Positions 17,227 to 26,535 of a stretch of 64,000 nt of DNA are shown here, piece by piece. Below the pieces are notes generated by a model. The model was not told where the DNA came from. It made no database searches and saw only the letters and a program-made list of their open reading frames with translations. Position numbers and translations under genes: made by a program. The stretch comes from an uncultured Eubacteriales bacterium. GTDB taxonomy: Bacteria; Acidobacteriota; Aminicenantia; Aminicenantales; Aminicenantaceae. Numbering within the stretch: position 1 is the first letter of the stretch; each line of letters opens with the position of its first letter. The stretch spans positions 17,570 to 81,569 of the forward strand of contig CAYFXE010000003.1 in NCBI GenBank assembly GCA_964347035.1. The letters are read 5' to 3'.

Positions 17227-17560
17227 TTTAGTCCAAGAAAACCAGTTAAAAAAGGATGTTGATACCTTTAGCGTCGGGGATACGGTCAAAATCCATGTCG
17301 TTATCCGGGAGGGAAACAAAGAAAGAATTCAAATATTTCAAGGAAATGTCATCGCAAAAAAGGGATCCGATTTAAGCGCGACGTTCACGGTACGCAAGAT
17401 TTCGTTCGGGATCGGAGTGGAAAGAATTTTTCCCCTCCATTCCAAGATGATAAGGCAGATTGAGGTCGTCAGAAAAGGAAAAGTCAGAAGAGCTAAATTA
17501 TATTATCTTCGCAACTTACGAGGGAAAGCCGCCCGGCTCAAGGAAAAAAGGGAAGCCTAG
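17213..17560 (+). CDS. rplS: 50S ribosomal protein L19
   Basis: [29 protein letters not shown] and RRAKLYYLR match L19. The ATG at 17213 is preferred over the ORF-track start at 17165. Confidence 0.95.
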   Translation: MSLIDLVQENQLKKDVDTFSVGDTVKIHVVIREGNKERIQIFQGNVIAKKGSDLSATFTVRKISFGIGVERIFPLHSKMIRQIEVVRKGKVRRAKLYYLRNLRGKAARLKEKREA

Positions 17561-17694
17561 AGAAGATAACAAATCTTTACTGCTTGGGAACATCAGGTCG
17601 TCCAGAGTATGCTCCGAAAGTGAGAGAGCCTCATTAATATGGTTTTTCTCAAGATGCTTTTGTTAAAACAGGTTATACATGCTCGACTAAAGGT

Positions 17695-18315
17695 GTGAAA
17701 TTGACAGATTTTTGGTTAGAGGAACAGATACTCGAGAAGGGATTCACGAACATCGCTGGAGTCGATGAAGTTGGCCGAGGTGCACTCTTCGGCCCGGTCG
17801 TGGCTGCTGCTGTGATTTTACCCGACTGGTGCATCCAGAAACATGAGCCAGAATGGGTCGAGGAAATCGATGATTCCAAGCTTCTTTCCTCTTCAAAGAG
17901 AGAAAGGTTAGCCCGCAAAATCATATCTCATGCTTCCTCTGTGGGAATCGGTTTGGCAACGAATCAAGAGATCGACAAAAGAAACATATACTGGGCTTCC
18001 CTGATGGCGATGAGGAGAGCGATAAAAAAACTGACCACAAGACCTGGTTTTCTCCTAGTTGACGGATTTCAATTGAATGGTGTACATTATCCTCAGATTC
18101 GTGTTCCCCAGGGAGACACGAAATGTATTTCAATCGCAGCGGCTTCAATCATTGCCAAAGTCCGGCGGGATGAGATGATGAGCAGATTGGATAAGATTTA
18201 CGAAGGTTATGCCCTTTCCAGCAACAAAGGATACGGGACGAAAGAGCACTACAAGGCGTTGAGTGAGAAGGGACCGACGCCACTCCACCGCAGAAGTTTT
18301 AACCTCAGGCAATAG
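17695..18315 (+). CDS. rnhB: Ribonuclease HII
   Basis: AGVDEVGRGALFGPVVAAAV catalytic motif plus DSKLLS and ASIIAK. GTG start. Confidence 0.9.
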   Translation: MKLTDFWLEEQILEKGFTNIAGVDEVGRGALFGPVVAAAVILPDWCIQKHEPEWVEEIDDSKLLSSSKRERLARKIISHASSVGIGLATNQEIDKRNIYWASLMAMRRAIKKLTTRPGFLLVDGFQLNGVHYPQIRVPQGDTKCISIAAASIIAKVRRDEMMSRLDKIYEGYALSSNKGYGTKEHYKALSEKGPTPLHRRSFNLRQ

Positions 18316-18318
18316 GCC

Positions 18319-20433
18319 ATGTACTCTAAAAAAGATAAAAAAGGGATTCTGGAACTTGCCGAGAAATATGTTAAAAGGGGGAAGCTCAAAGAGGCAATCC
18401 AAGAATACAAAAAATTATCGACAGCAGATCCTCAAGATCTTCATATAAGGAGCGTGATCGCCGATTTATACATCCAATCAGGCCAAAAAGAAAAGGCGGT
18501 CGCTGAGCTAAAAAAGATAGTCGATTTCTATGAACAAAGAGGTATGCTCAATCAATCCTTGGCCATCTGCAAGAAAATTAACAGGATAGACGAAAAGGAT
18601 GTAGAGACCTCCATCAGACTGGCCGATTTGCTCTACCATCAGGGATACCTCCAAGAGGCCAAAAAGAAATATTTGCTCATAGTCAACAATTTAAGAAAGA
18701 CTGGACAGTTAAAAAAGGCCATAACGTATCTCGAAAAAATTCTGAAGATCGACAATGAAGACGAAAAGGCCAAACTCCTCCTCGCCGAGCTCTGTATTGA
18801 GGAGGGAATGATTCCCAAGGCCGTGGACAAGTTCAATGAAGTGGCAGAATATAAGATAAAAAGAGATGAGTTGAAGGAGGCAAAGGAGATCCTCATCAAA
18901 GCTAAAGTGCTCAAAGAAGATGATTTAAGAACAATTTTAAATCTCATCGAGATATTCAAGAGGCAGAATAAGAAGGAAGAGGCGTTGGGTTTTCTCAATG
19001 ACGTCCTGAAAAAAGATGAGAACAACTTGCAAGCTCTCAGTTTCATGGGAAATCTGTATTTTGAAGATCACAATTACCAGAAGGCTGAGGAAACATACAA
19101 AAAGATCATCTCGATTCGCCCCAAGGATGTGGAGGCCAGAGTGAAACTAGGAAGGATTCATCTCCAAGGGGGAAATCTTGATGAGGCTTATGATCTTTAT
19201 GAACCTCTCGTAGACTCACTGCTCAAGAGACAAAAGGACGATAAAGCTATCGGGCTCCTCGGCCTCATCCTGGCGACAAAGATGGCGCATCTCAAGACAT
19301 TGGAAAAGTTAGTCTCTATATATAAATCAAGAAAGCAGGTCGAAAACTTGGTGCTCGTCTACAGGGCGATTCTAAGTGAGTGTCGCAGAAACGACTGGAA
19401 GGAGAAATCTCTTGCTACCCTAAGAGAGATCCTTAAAGTCTTCCCAATGGACGAGGAATTTTATACTGAGTACAGAAAGCTGAAAAGAGAGGTGGGCATT
19501 TCTGAAGAGGAACCATCCGAAGAACCTCCAGTTTTTATCGACGAGAGTAAAGAGATGATCATGGAAGCCTTTGAGCAGGCAGACCTCTGCGTCGAGCAAG
19601 GATTGATTAGAAACGCCCGAAGAATACTCGAAAGCTTAAGGAGAAAATTTCCGGAAGAATCCGCTATCGAGAGTAAGATCAAGGCCTTGAATCAGATTTC
19701 ACCGAAGGTGAAAGAGGATGAGATTCCAGCCCATGTGGAAAGGGGAGATGAGGAAGAAATCCTGAAGCTCGGGAAGGACATCAAAAGAAAAAAAAGGATG
19801 CCCCGATCATTGCTCGAAGAAGGAGAGGAGATGTTGACCGCGGCCGATGTATTTGCCGAGACCGATATTATCCCCATCGTATCTCAAGATGAAAAAGAGC
19901 TGAAATACTATGACTTGTCAGGAAGAATCGGTGAGGAATTGAAGAGCATTCAAGCGATTTGCCGTCGACAACTGAAAGGGGATACAGCGGAAGTAGAGAA
20001 GGAATTATCGGAGATTGTGGCCACATTCAGAGAAAATGTGAAGAAAAAAATCGGAAAAAAAGACTATGAAAGTCATTTTAATCTCGGGATTGCCTATCTG
20101 GAGCAAGGACTTTTGGATGAAGCCATAGAAGAGTTAGAACTGGCCTCCCAGGATCAGAAGAAAACAATCGATTGCTACAGCATCATAAGCCATTGTTTCA
20201 AGAAAAAAAAGGAATACAAAAAATCTGTTGAGTGGCTCGAGCGCGCTCTTGATATTTCCAAGGAGGGGACAGACCAGTATTTTGGACTCAAGTATGAGTT
20301 GGCCTCTCTGTATGAAGAGATGAAGGAGAAGCAGAGGGCGTTGAATTTATACAAAGAGATAAGAAAATGGAATCCAAAATACAGAGACACAGAGAATAAG
20401 ATCGAGGGGCTTAACAAAAAATTAATGATGTAA
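18319..20433 (+). CDS. Large TPR-repeat protein
   Basis: 704 aa with repeated TPR-like 34-mers throughout, and an acidic central linker. Confidence 0.65.
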   Translation: MYSKKDKKGILELAEKYVKRGKLKEAIQEYKKLSTADPQDLHIRSVIADLYIQSGQKEKAVAELKKIVDFYEQRGMLNQSLAICKKINRIDEKDVETSIRLADLLYHQGYLQEAKKKYLLIVNNLRKTGQLKKAITYLEKILKIDNEDEKAKLLLAELCIEEGMIPKAVDKFNEVAEYKIKRDELKEAKEILIKAKVLKEDDLRTILNLIEIFKRQNKKEEALGFLNDVLKKDENNLQALSFMGNLYFEDHNYQKAEETYKKIISIRPKDVEARVKLGRIHLQGGNLDEAYDLYEPLVDSLLKRQKDDKAIGLLGLILATKMAHLKTLEKLVSIYKSRKQVENLVLVYRAILSECRRNDWKEKSLATLREILKVFPMDEEFYTEYRKLKREVGISEEEPSEEPPVFIDESKEMIMEAFEQADLCVEQGLIRNARRILESLRRKFPEESAIESKIKALNQISPKVKEDEIPAHVERGDEEEILKLGKDIKRKKRMPRSLLEEGEEMLTAADVFAETDIIPIVSQDEKELKYYDLSGRIGEELKSIQAICRRQLKGDTAEVEKELSEIVATFRENVKKKIGKKDYESHFNLGIAYLEQGLLDEAIEELELASQDQKKTIDCYSIISHCFKKKKEYKKSVEWLERALDISKEGTDQYFGLKYELASLYEEMKEKQRALNLYKEIRKWNPKYRDTENKIEGLNKKLMM

Positions 20434-20600
20434 ATTTATAACCTGCTTACTCCTCAGACCTCACCATTCCCCCCAAAAAAAATTTAACCCCAGTAATAGG
20501 GATTAATTTTCTCTTCATTCCTGATAGCGCTCTCTCTGGATGATGAGAATAATTATTCAACAAATCGTTATTTGTAAAGATAAAAGAAAATCTTACGCTC

Positions 20601-22025
20601 ATGACTATCGCTCTCCTCAGAAAAATCATGAATTTGATCAGGGAAGAAATACCTTCAGATCGAATGATGGTCGTGCTGATGAATGTGACTCGTCAGGCGT
20701 TTTTCCGGGACACACACCCCTTTGCTCCAGCAGGGAATGATGAGCTCGAGATGGAAATCATCCGAAGAGTCTTAGACCTTAGACAACCGGTGATCATCGG
20801 TGATAGTAGGACAGATCTCAGGCTTCCCAAGCAAGCTTACTGTAACGCCAAGGAGAAGGAAAACTCTCTCTGTGTTCCCTTTGCACTCAAGAACAAAGCC
20901 GAGGGTGTGTTATTTCTCAAGAGGACAAACAGCTTCCATCCTTTCTCCTTCCTAGACCTTGATTTCTTACTGACATTCTTGAAACCCATTAAGTTGATTT
21001 TGGAGAATTGTGTTGATTTCAAAAGACTCGGAGAGAGAGTTGTCTGTGAATCAGAACCTCTTTTATTAGGTAAGAGTGAAGCTTTTCATCATCTGGTTGC
21101 CTTGATAGAGAGAGTGAAGGATAGAGATGCTCCTGTCTTTATCTATGGCGAAAGCGGAACAGGGAAAGAAGTCGTCGCCCGGGCTATTCATCAAAGAGGG
21201 ATAAGACGTGCAGGGAAGTTTGTGCCTGTCAATTGTGGAGCCATCCCCGATCTTCTCCTAGAAAGTGAATTGTTCGGGCATGCACGAGGAGCGTTCACCG
21301 GGGCGGTAAGGGATAAGCCTGGTCTCATCGAAGAGGCTGATGGAGGAACGTTCTTCTTGGATGAAATCTGTGATCTTTCGCCTCCTCTGCAAGCCAAACT
21401 TCTTCGCCTTCTCCAGGAGAGTGAAATAAGAAGAATTGGCGAGAATCATATGCGTAGAGTCAATACCAGGTTCATAAGTGCCACCAACAAGGACATCGAA
21501 GAGCAGATGCGTCTGGGTAATTTCCGGGAGGATTTGTACTATCGGTTGAAGATCATCACGATCGAACTTTCTCCTCTAAGACAAAGAAAAGAAGACCTTC
21601 TTTTTCTGTTGAATTATTTCTTGGATAAATACTGTCAAGATATGGAGCGTGACAGAGCCTATTTTTCGCCTAGAGCACTGGAACTCCTCCTTGATTATGC
21701 TTGGCCAGGTAATGTTAGAGAGCTTCAGAGCGAGATTCAAAGATGTTTGATCCTGTCTGGGGATGATGATCTGATCAAGGAGGAACATCTCTCGCCCAAG
21801 GTCAATCCGCAAGCCGAGGTGTTTACCCCGTCAGTGTTCGATTTTTCTCAGGCAAAAGCAGAATTCGAGAAACGATTCCTGAATCAAGCATTAGCCCGGT
21901 GGAATTTCAACAGGGCAAAAACGGCAGAGAACATCGGACTGAGCAGGCAGGGACTGTTTAAATTAACAAGAAAGCACAATATTTTATTGCCGAGAAGGAA
22001 ACAAGATACTCATCCCTCGAGTTAG
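20601..22025 (+). CDS. Sigma54-dependent transcriptional activator (GAF-like N-terminus, AAA+ domain, Fis-type HTH)
   Basis: GESGTGKEVVARAIH Walker A, the GAFTGA sigma54-contact loop, ESELFGH, and a C-terminal HTH (AKTAENIGLSRQGLFKLTRK). Confidence 0.85.
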   Translation: MTIALLRKIMNLIREEIPSDRMMVVLMNVTRQAFFRDTHPFAPAGNDELEMEIIRRVLDLRQPVIIGDSRTDLRLPKQAYCNAKEKENSLCVPFALKNKAEGVLFLKRTNSFHPFSFLDLDFLLTFLKPIKLILENCVDFKRLGERVVCESEPLLLGKSEAFHHLVALIERVKDRDAPVFIYGESGTGKEVVARAIHQRGIRRAGKFVPVNCGAIPDLLLESELFGHARGAFTGAVRDKPGLIEEADGGTFFLDEICDLSPPLQAKLLRLLQESEIRRIGENHMRRVNTRFISATNKDIEEQMRLGNFREDLYYRLKIITIELSPLRQRKEDLLFLLNYFLDKYCQDMERDRAYFSPRALELLLDYAWPGNVRELQSEIQRCLILSGDDDLIKEEHLSPKVNPQAEVFTPSVFDFSQAKAEFEKRFLNQALARWNFNRAKTAENIGLSRQGLFKLTRKHNILLPRRKQDTHPSS

Positions 22026-22083
22026 GATTCTAGGGAAGTGTTGGCTTGCTCCACCTCCTATTTTTTGGTAAATTTCTTTTTGA

Positions 22084-22359
22084 ATGGAAAATCAGAAGAA
22101 AAAAAAAGAAGTATTCCAACTGCCCTGTCCATGCTGTGGCACTTTGCTCTGGATTGATCCTATATCTCGAAAGGTGATGCAGTTTGAAAAGAAAGCCAAG
22201 AAAAAGGGTTCTCTTGATGATTTGTTGCTCAAAGAAAAAAAGAAGAAACAGGAATTCGAACGCAAATTTCAGGCCACAGCTGAGCTGGAGAGGGAGAAGC
22301 GGAAGAAAGCTCAAGAACAGTTTAAAAAAGCTTTAACCCGAATAGAAAAGGATAATTAG
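22084..22359 (+). CDS. Small lysine-rich protein with N-terminal zinc-ribbon-like CPCCG motif
   Basis: 91-aa ORF with LPCPCCGTLLWIDP followed by a charged, coiled-coil-like tail. No family recognised. Confidence 0.4.
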   Translation: MENQKKKKEVFQLPCPCCGTLLWIDPISRKVMQFEKKAKKKGSLDDLLLKEKKKKQEFERKFQATAELEREKRKKAQEQFKKALTRIEKDN

Positions 22360-22392
22360 AAAAGGACGGCCGGTTCCCCCTCCAAGTTTGCT

Positions 22393-23826
22393 TCAGCTTC
22401 CTATCTGGGTTTCGTCCTCTCTTATCTTGGGGGCCATGGTGAATCTCGTGAATCCATACAGAGCCAAGATGATCACTGCAGCATAGTTCATGATGGCCCA
22501 AGGAAGATAGCTGAAGGTTGAAACACCAATAGTGCCGGTGATGTACACACCAGCCATACTCCAAGGGATAAGGGGTACGATGATGGCCCCGCTCTCCTCG
22601 ATGATGCGTGATAAATTTTTAGCCGCGAGTCCTTTCTTTTTATAAACGGGAGCCAAGAGCTCTCCAGGAATGATCATCGATAGGTAAGAACTTCCCGTCA
22701 CTAAGGCTGTGACCACAGAGGATCCGATAGTGGTCAGAACGATGCTCCAGATTTTGTTGGCAAACTTCATCACCCTATCTAGGATTACCGAAAGGAGTCC
22801 TGTCCTCTGCATAATACCTCCGAAGCTGAAGGCCGTAAAAGCAACGAGTTGAGTCTCCATCATGCTCATCATTCCCCCTCTCGAGATGAGATCGTCCACT
22901 TTTGGGACTCCGGTTTGGGCTTGATAACCGGTGTTCATGGCTGTGGCCACATCTGGAACAGAGGCCTTCTGGAAGATGATGGCTAGGGCGCCAGCGACAA
23001 AGGAGGAGAGAAGCATCCCCGGTATGGTGGGTTTCTTGGTAAAGGCGAAGTAGAAGACGATCGCCATCGGAAGAAGAAGGAGAAGGTTAAAGCGAAAATG
23101 TGTCTTTAAAGTCTGGGTGATAGTGATGATATCCACAGTTTCCGATTCCACTCGACCTCCCCCGTACCGCAGTCCAACCAGGAAATAAATCAGCAATCCC
23201 AGAAGCCAAGCCGGCGTGGCCGACCAAAGCATGTGTTTGATGTGGTCGAACAGGTTGCAACCGACGGCGACAGGGGCGAGGTTCGTCACATCAGAAAACG
23301 GAGACATCTTGTCTCCGAAGTAGGCCCCGGCCACGATCGCTCCCGCGGCCGGACCGAGAGGAATGCCAAGCCCCATGGCAATCCCCATGAAGGCCACGCC
23401 CAGTGTGCCGATCGTCCCCCATGATGTTCCTGTAGCCAAGGAGGTGATCGAGCAGACAAAACAGGCTGTCACCAGAAAAAACTTAGGGGAGATAAGCTTC
23501 AATCCATAATAGATGATCATCGGGATCGTACCGCAGGCGATCCACGATCCGATGAGAATTCCCACACAGAGCATGATCAGGATAGCTGGCATGGCCTTGT
23601 GAATGCTGTCGACGATTCCTCTTTCCATTTCCTGCCATTTGAAACGTAAAAATAGCCCGAGGCAGCCGGTGATGAAGGCGGCAGCGACGAGGAGGACTTG
23701 GGGACGGATTTGGTAGATACCGTAGCCGACTCCAAGCAGAAGGCCCATGGCGATCAACGGAGTAAGAGCGACAGCCAGCCTAGGCTCTTTTGTTTTTCGA
23801 TGTTCATTATTGGTTGATTTATTCAT
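22393..23826 (-). CDS. nhaC: Na+/H+ antiporter, NhaC family
   Basis: 477-aa polytopic membrane protein whose N-terminal region and overall pattern are typical of the NhaC family. Confidence 0.75.
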   Translation of the reverse strand: MNKSTNNEHRKTKEPRLAVALTPLIAMGLLLGVGYGIYQIRPQVLLVAAAFITGCLGLFLRFKWQEMERGIVDSIHKAMPAILIMLCVGILIGSWIACGTIPMIIYYGLKLISPKFFLVTACFVCSITSLATGTSWGTIGTLGVAFMGIAMGLGIPLGPAAGAIVAGAYFGDKMSPFSDVTNLAPVAVGCNLFDHIKHMLWSATPAWLLGLLIYFLVGLRYGGGRVESETVDIITITQTLKTHFRFNLLLLLPMAIVFYFAFTKKPTIPGMLLSSFVAGALAIIFQKASVPDVATAMNTGYQAQTGVPKVDDLISRGGMMSMMETQLVAFTAFSFGGIMQRTGLLSVILDRVMKFANKIWSIVLTTIGSSVVTALVTGSSYLSMIIPGELLAPVYKKKGLAAKNLSRIIEESGAIIVPLIPWSMAGVYITGTIGVSTFSYLPWAIMNYAAVIILALYGFTRFTMAPKIREDETQIGS

Positions 23827-23862
23827 TAGTCTTTCCTTTTATAAAATCCTGCCATTCGGACA

Positions 23863-25041
23863 TCAATCACGATTTGACGTGAATGTTCCTTTGGCGGTCA
23901 GATCTCCGTCTGAGATCACCTGCCTCCCCAGGACGATGAAATCAGTGACCTGAAAATCCTTATCGAAGATAAGAAGGTCTGCATCCTTGCCTTGTTTGAT
24001 CTCTCCCTTGACTTCGAGTTTGTAGAACGTGGCGACGTTGGTGGAAAAGAGTTTTATCGCCTCTTCAAGGGATAAAATGTGTTCTGAAACCAAGTACCGG
24101 AGGTTTTCCAGGAGAGTTTTTTGACTGGCGATGGTCAGGCCTACAAGATTGCCCTCTTGGTCAAAGACAGGAAAACTCCCGTTGCCATCAGAGCTCACCG
24201 TGATATGGGAGAGAGGAGCTTTTTTTTCGAGGCATAATCGGATAGCTGTACCAATGCTTATCCCTTCCTCATCGCTTCTTGGATCCACGCCAGCCGTCAG
24301 ATCCATATAACCGGCTTGGAGAATAAAATCTATCGCTTCTGCCAACAATTCAGGATTGCGGTTGACATGTGTTGGGATGACTTGAGTCGGGGGAATTTCT
24401 GTTTCCTTGATCAATCTGAAGAGCATCTCTAATCTCCGATTGCCGTCACCGAGGTGGAGGTGAAGAACTCCGGCCTTTCCGCCCAGCATCCCACCAACAC
24501 GACACTCGGCAGCAAGGCGAGCGATCTCTTCAAATGTGGGTTGGGACGAGCGGTGATCAGAGATGGCGATTTCTCCGGCACCGATGACCTTTTCGATGAG
24601 AACAAGGTCAGAACGAACGCTTCCAGTTATCGTCACCACTGGAATTTGGTAAGAACCTGAATAGATAAAGGTCGAAATTCCCTCTTTTTCTAGACCTCTG
24701 GCCTTGGCCAAGAGTGATTCCATATGCCGTGTTGTTCCATCTGTTCCTAAGCAGCCGACCACAGTCGACACACCGCTGCGGAAGATATCCTCAACGGAGA
24801 TTTCTGGGGCCCTTGTTGCTGGTCCCCCTTCTCCTCCTCCTCCGAGAATATGAACATGACTATCGATAAGGCCAGGGACGATTGTTTTGCCTGAGGCATC
24901 CAGAGTTCGAACCGGCATCCCCTCGACCTTGATTTGTCCAGGTTGAATGACAGCTCCGATTTTATGACCAAGGATCAGGACATCTTTTTTCCCCAACGGT
25001 GTCGGAGAGAAAATATCTCCATTTCGAATTAAGGTAACCAT
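23863..25041 (-). CDS. iadA: Isoaspartyl dipeptidase (beta-aspartyl peptidase)
   Basis: The amidohydrolase motif GLIDSHVHILGGGGEGGPATR is characteristic of IadA. Confidence 0.8.
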   Translation of the reverse strand: MVTLIRNGDIFSPTPLGKKDVLILGHKIGAVIQPGQIKVEGMPVRTLDASGKTIVPGLIDSHVHILGGGGEGGPATRAPEISVEDIFRSGVSTVVGCLGTDGTTRHMESLLAKARGLEKEGISTFIYSGSYQIPVVTITGSVRSDLVLIEKVIGAGEIAISDHRSSQPTFEEIARLAAECRVGGMLGGKAGVLHLHLGDGNRRLEMLFRLIKETEIPPTQVIPTHVNRNPELLAEAIDFILQAGYMDLTAGVDPRSDEEGISIGTAIRLCLEKKAPLSHITVSSDGNGSFPVFDQEGNLVGLTIASQKTLLENLRYLVSEHILSLEEAIKLFSTNVATFYKLEVKGEIKQGKDADLLIFDKDFQVTDFIVLGRQVISDGDLTAKGTFTSNRD

Positions 25042-25235
25042 TTTACCTCCTTGTCATGTACCATTGATGGATTTGATGTCTTTTGTAATGGCTAAATTAT
25101 CACGACTCTTTTTTCTTTTCAACAGAGTTAATATCTTTTTTTCTGTGATGAAATGCCAGGAATGTGTATATGGGGATGGCTTAGCTCCCTTTCATATTTT
25201 TAACGCCATTCTACATTTGGCCCTTTTGATTGCTC

Positions 25236-25318
25236 CTGGGGTCAGGCCTTGTCGTCTGGAAGCGCTGCGTCTCTACCTTTACCCGAATACAAAACCTTGG
25301 GATAAGGCCTGACCCCAG
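25236..25318 (+). repeat. 83-nt hairpin element with a 15-bp perfect stem (CTGGGGTCAGGCCTT / AAGGCCTGACCCCAG)
   Basis: Arms at 25236-25250 and 25304-25318. By manual count, 25232-25316 matches the reverse complement of 45739-45823 at 74/85 positions, ungapped. Confidence 0.65.
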
Positions 25319-25380
25319 TTCAGACATACTCGCAAGTCGACTTCCCTCGAAGGCCAACAGCGTTGCGGAGGAACATTGTT

Positions 25381-25489
25381 TGGGGGTACAAGGGAGTATG
25401 CCCCCTTGTTCGCAGGGCAAGGGATCATCCCTCGCCTGAGAAGGGGAGGAAGGGAGTCCGAAGGTATGACGGACGACCGTTGGAAGGGG
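25381..25489 (+). repeat. Copy B of the conserved GC-rich structured element (core CGACCGTTGGAAGGGG at 25474-25489)
   Basis: By manual count, 25435-25489 aligns ungapped to 52033-52087 with 43/55 identities. A P1 hairpin forms from ACAAGGG (25388-25394) and CCCTTGT (25403-25409). P2 is GGC-a-AGGGA-tca-TCCCT-c-GCC. Confidence 0.6.
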
Positions 25490-25495
25490 TAAATT

Positions 25496-25524
25496 TTGAA
25501 TTTTATATTCAATTCGCTTAAAAT
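25496..25524 (+). promoter_or_regulatory. Putative sigma70 promoter (TTGAAT-17-TAAAAT) directly after repeat copy B
   Basis: -35 box at 25496-25501 and -10 box at 25519-25524. The ATG at 25533 lies 8 nt after the -10, so the transcript would be leaderless or nearly so. Confidence 0.4.
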
Positions 25525-25532
25525 AAAAATTA

Positions 25533-26318
25533 ATGACAATCTCTATGGATAGATTCGAACAAGAGCTCAAGCGCGTCGAACCGGCGGTGAGGCGGTTGTG
25601 TCGGTTTGCTCTTTTGGGTAAAAAAATTGTGATAAGCGGTAAAGAAAATTTCGTCAAGAACGGCCCTAACATCATCGTCGGTAATCATATCGGGACGTTC
25701 AAGGATATAGCCACAGTCTACAAGATTGTTCCGCGTCCCATCTTTTTTACCGCCAACAAGATGCTCTTTAACAAAGAAGAATTTAATTTTCTGATAAGAA
25801 AACACTTTCGCCTCCATCTGAAGAGCTTAGGGCCTATGCTGGAATTTCTGGTCAGTCCCTTGAAGGAATACATTGTTAATTATATTTCCACCAACATCAC
25901 CAAGGTGGGAACCATTCCAGTCGATTTATACCAAAAGAAAAGGTTGGCCATAAAGGCCTGTCAAGATTATCTAAAAAAAGGAAGGGCCATCATAGCCCTC
26001 CAAGGTCATGGACGTGTCGTCAAAGACAGCCTTCATCCTTACGTGAGTTCTTTTAGGCGTGGTGTGTCCATCATTTCGTATAATCTTTTTCAAGAAGAAG
26101 GGATGAGGGTTCCCGTCACTCCCATCGCCATGTTTGGAACTCAGACGCCTCTGCTTGTTCCGGCAAAAATAAGAGTCAATATCGGCCAGCCGATGTACAT
26201 AACAGACTACATTGGGGAAGGATTCAATGAGTCAGTAGATCGATTTAGAGAGGCGTTGGAAAACCGAGTGAAGGTGCTTCTCACCGAGGTCCTTAGACGG
26301 CCTTTAACGAAGAAATGA
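25533..26318 (+). CDS. Lysophospholipid (1-acyl-glycerol-3-phosphate) acyltransferase family protein
   Basis: HX4D acyltransferase motif in GNHIGTFKD. The size and layout are PlsC-like. Confidence 0.65.
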   Translation: MTISMDRFEQELKRVEPAVRRLCRFALLGKKIVISGKENFVKNGPNIIVGNHIGTFKDIATVYKIVPRPIFFTANKMLFNKEEFNFLIRKHFRLHLKSLGPMLEFLVSPLKEYIVNYISTNITKVGTIPVDLYQKKRLAIKACQDYLKKGRAIIALQGHGRVVKDSLHPYVSSFRRGVSIISYNLFQEEGMRVPVTPIAMFGTQTPLLVPAKIRVNIGQPMYITDYIGEGFNESVDRFREALENRVKVLLTEVLRRPLTKK

Positions 26319-26440
26319 TTAGGTAGGATGCATCGGCATGGGAAGAGTCCTGAAAGGATTCTTGTCCTCGTATGAATTCTTGATCTCTCTTCAATGGTAG
26401 GGGGAGATGAATTTGATTTTCTTGATCATCAGTGGAGCTA

Positions 26441-26469
26441 TTGACATAATTATACAAAATCGATAGAAT
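26441..26469 (+). promoter_or_regulatory. Putative sigma70 promoter (TTGACA-17-TAGAAT)
   Basis: -35 box at 26441-26446 and -10 box at 26464-26469. An AAAGGAG Shine-Dalgarno sequence precedes the ATG at 26536. Confidence 0.4.
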
Positions 26470-26535
26470 AATGAGGAATTATAGTTTAGTTCCTCGCAGG
26501 TCAGTTGAGATGACACTAGTAAAAGGAGTACCAAA

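Noticed and set aside
22129-22146. TGGCAC at 22130-22135, and TGGCAC at ~32234, as further sigma54 promoters.
   Set aside because: Both lie inside coding sequence and lack a TTGC element at the required N5 spacing.
25236-25318. Possible SRP (4.5S) RNA: a hairpin containing GUCAGGCC...CUGGAAGCGCUGC, which recalls GGUCAGGUCCGGAAGGAAGCAGC.
   Set aside because: The GGAA is not at the hairpin apex, and the symmetric-loop and conserved domain IV bases are absent. A second, inverted 74/85-identical copy exists at 45740-45820, which fits a dispersed repeat rather than a single-copy ffs gene.
25064-25675. ORFs 25064..25312(+), 25211..25675(-), 25230..25439(+) and 25279..25539(-) in the iadA/acyltransferase spacer.
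   Set aside because: They overlap one another and run through the hairpin and repeat element. They have no recognisable motifs, start contexts or ribosome-binding sites, and most likely are open by chance.
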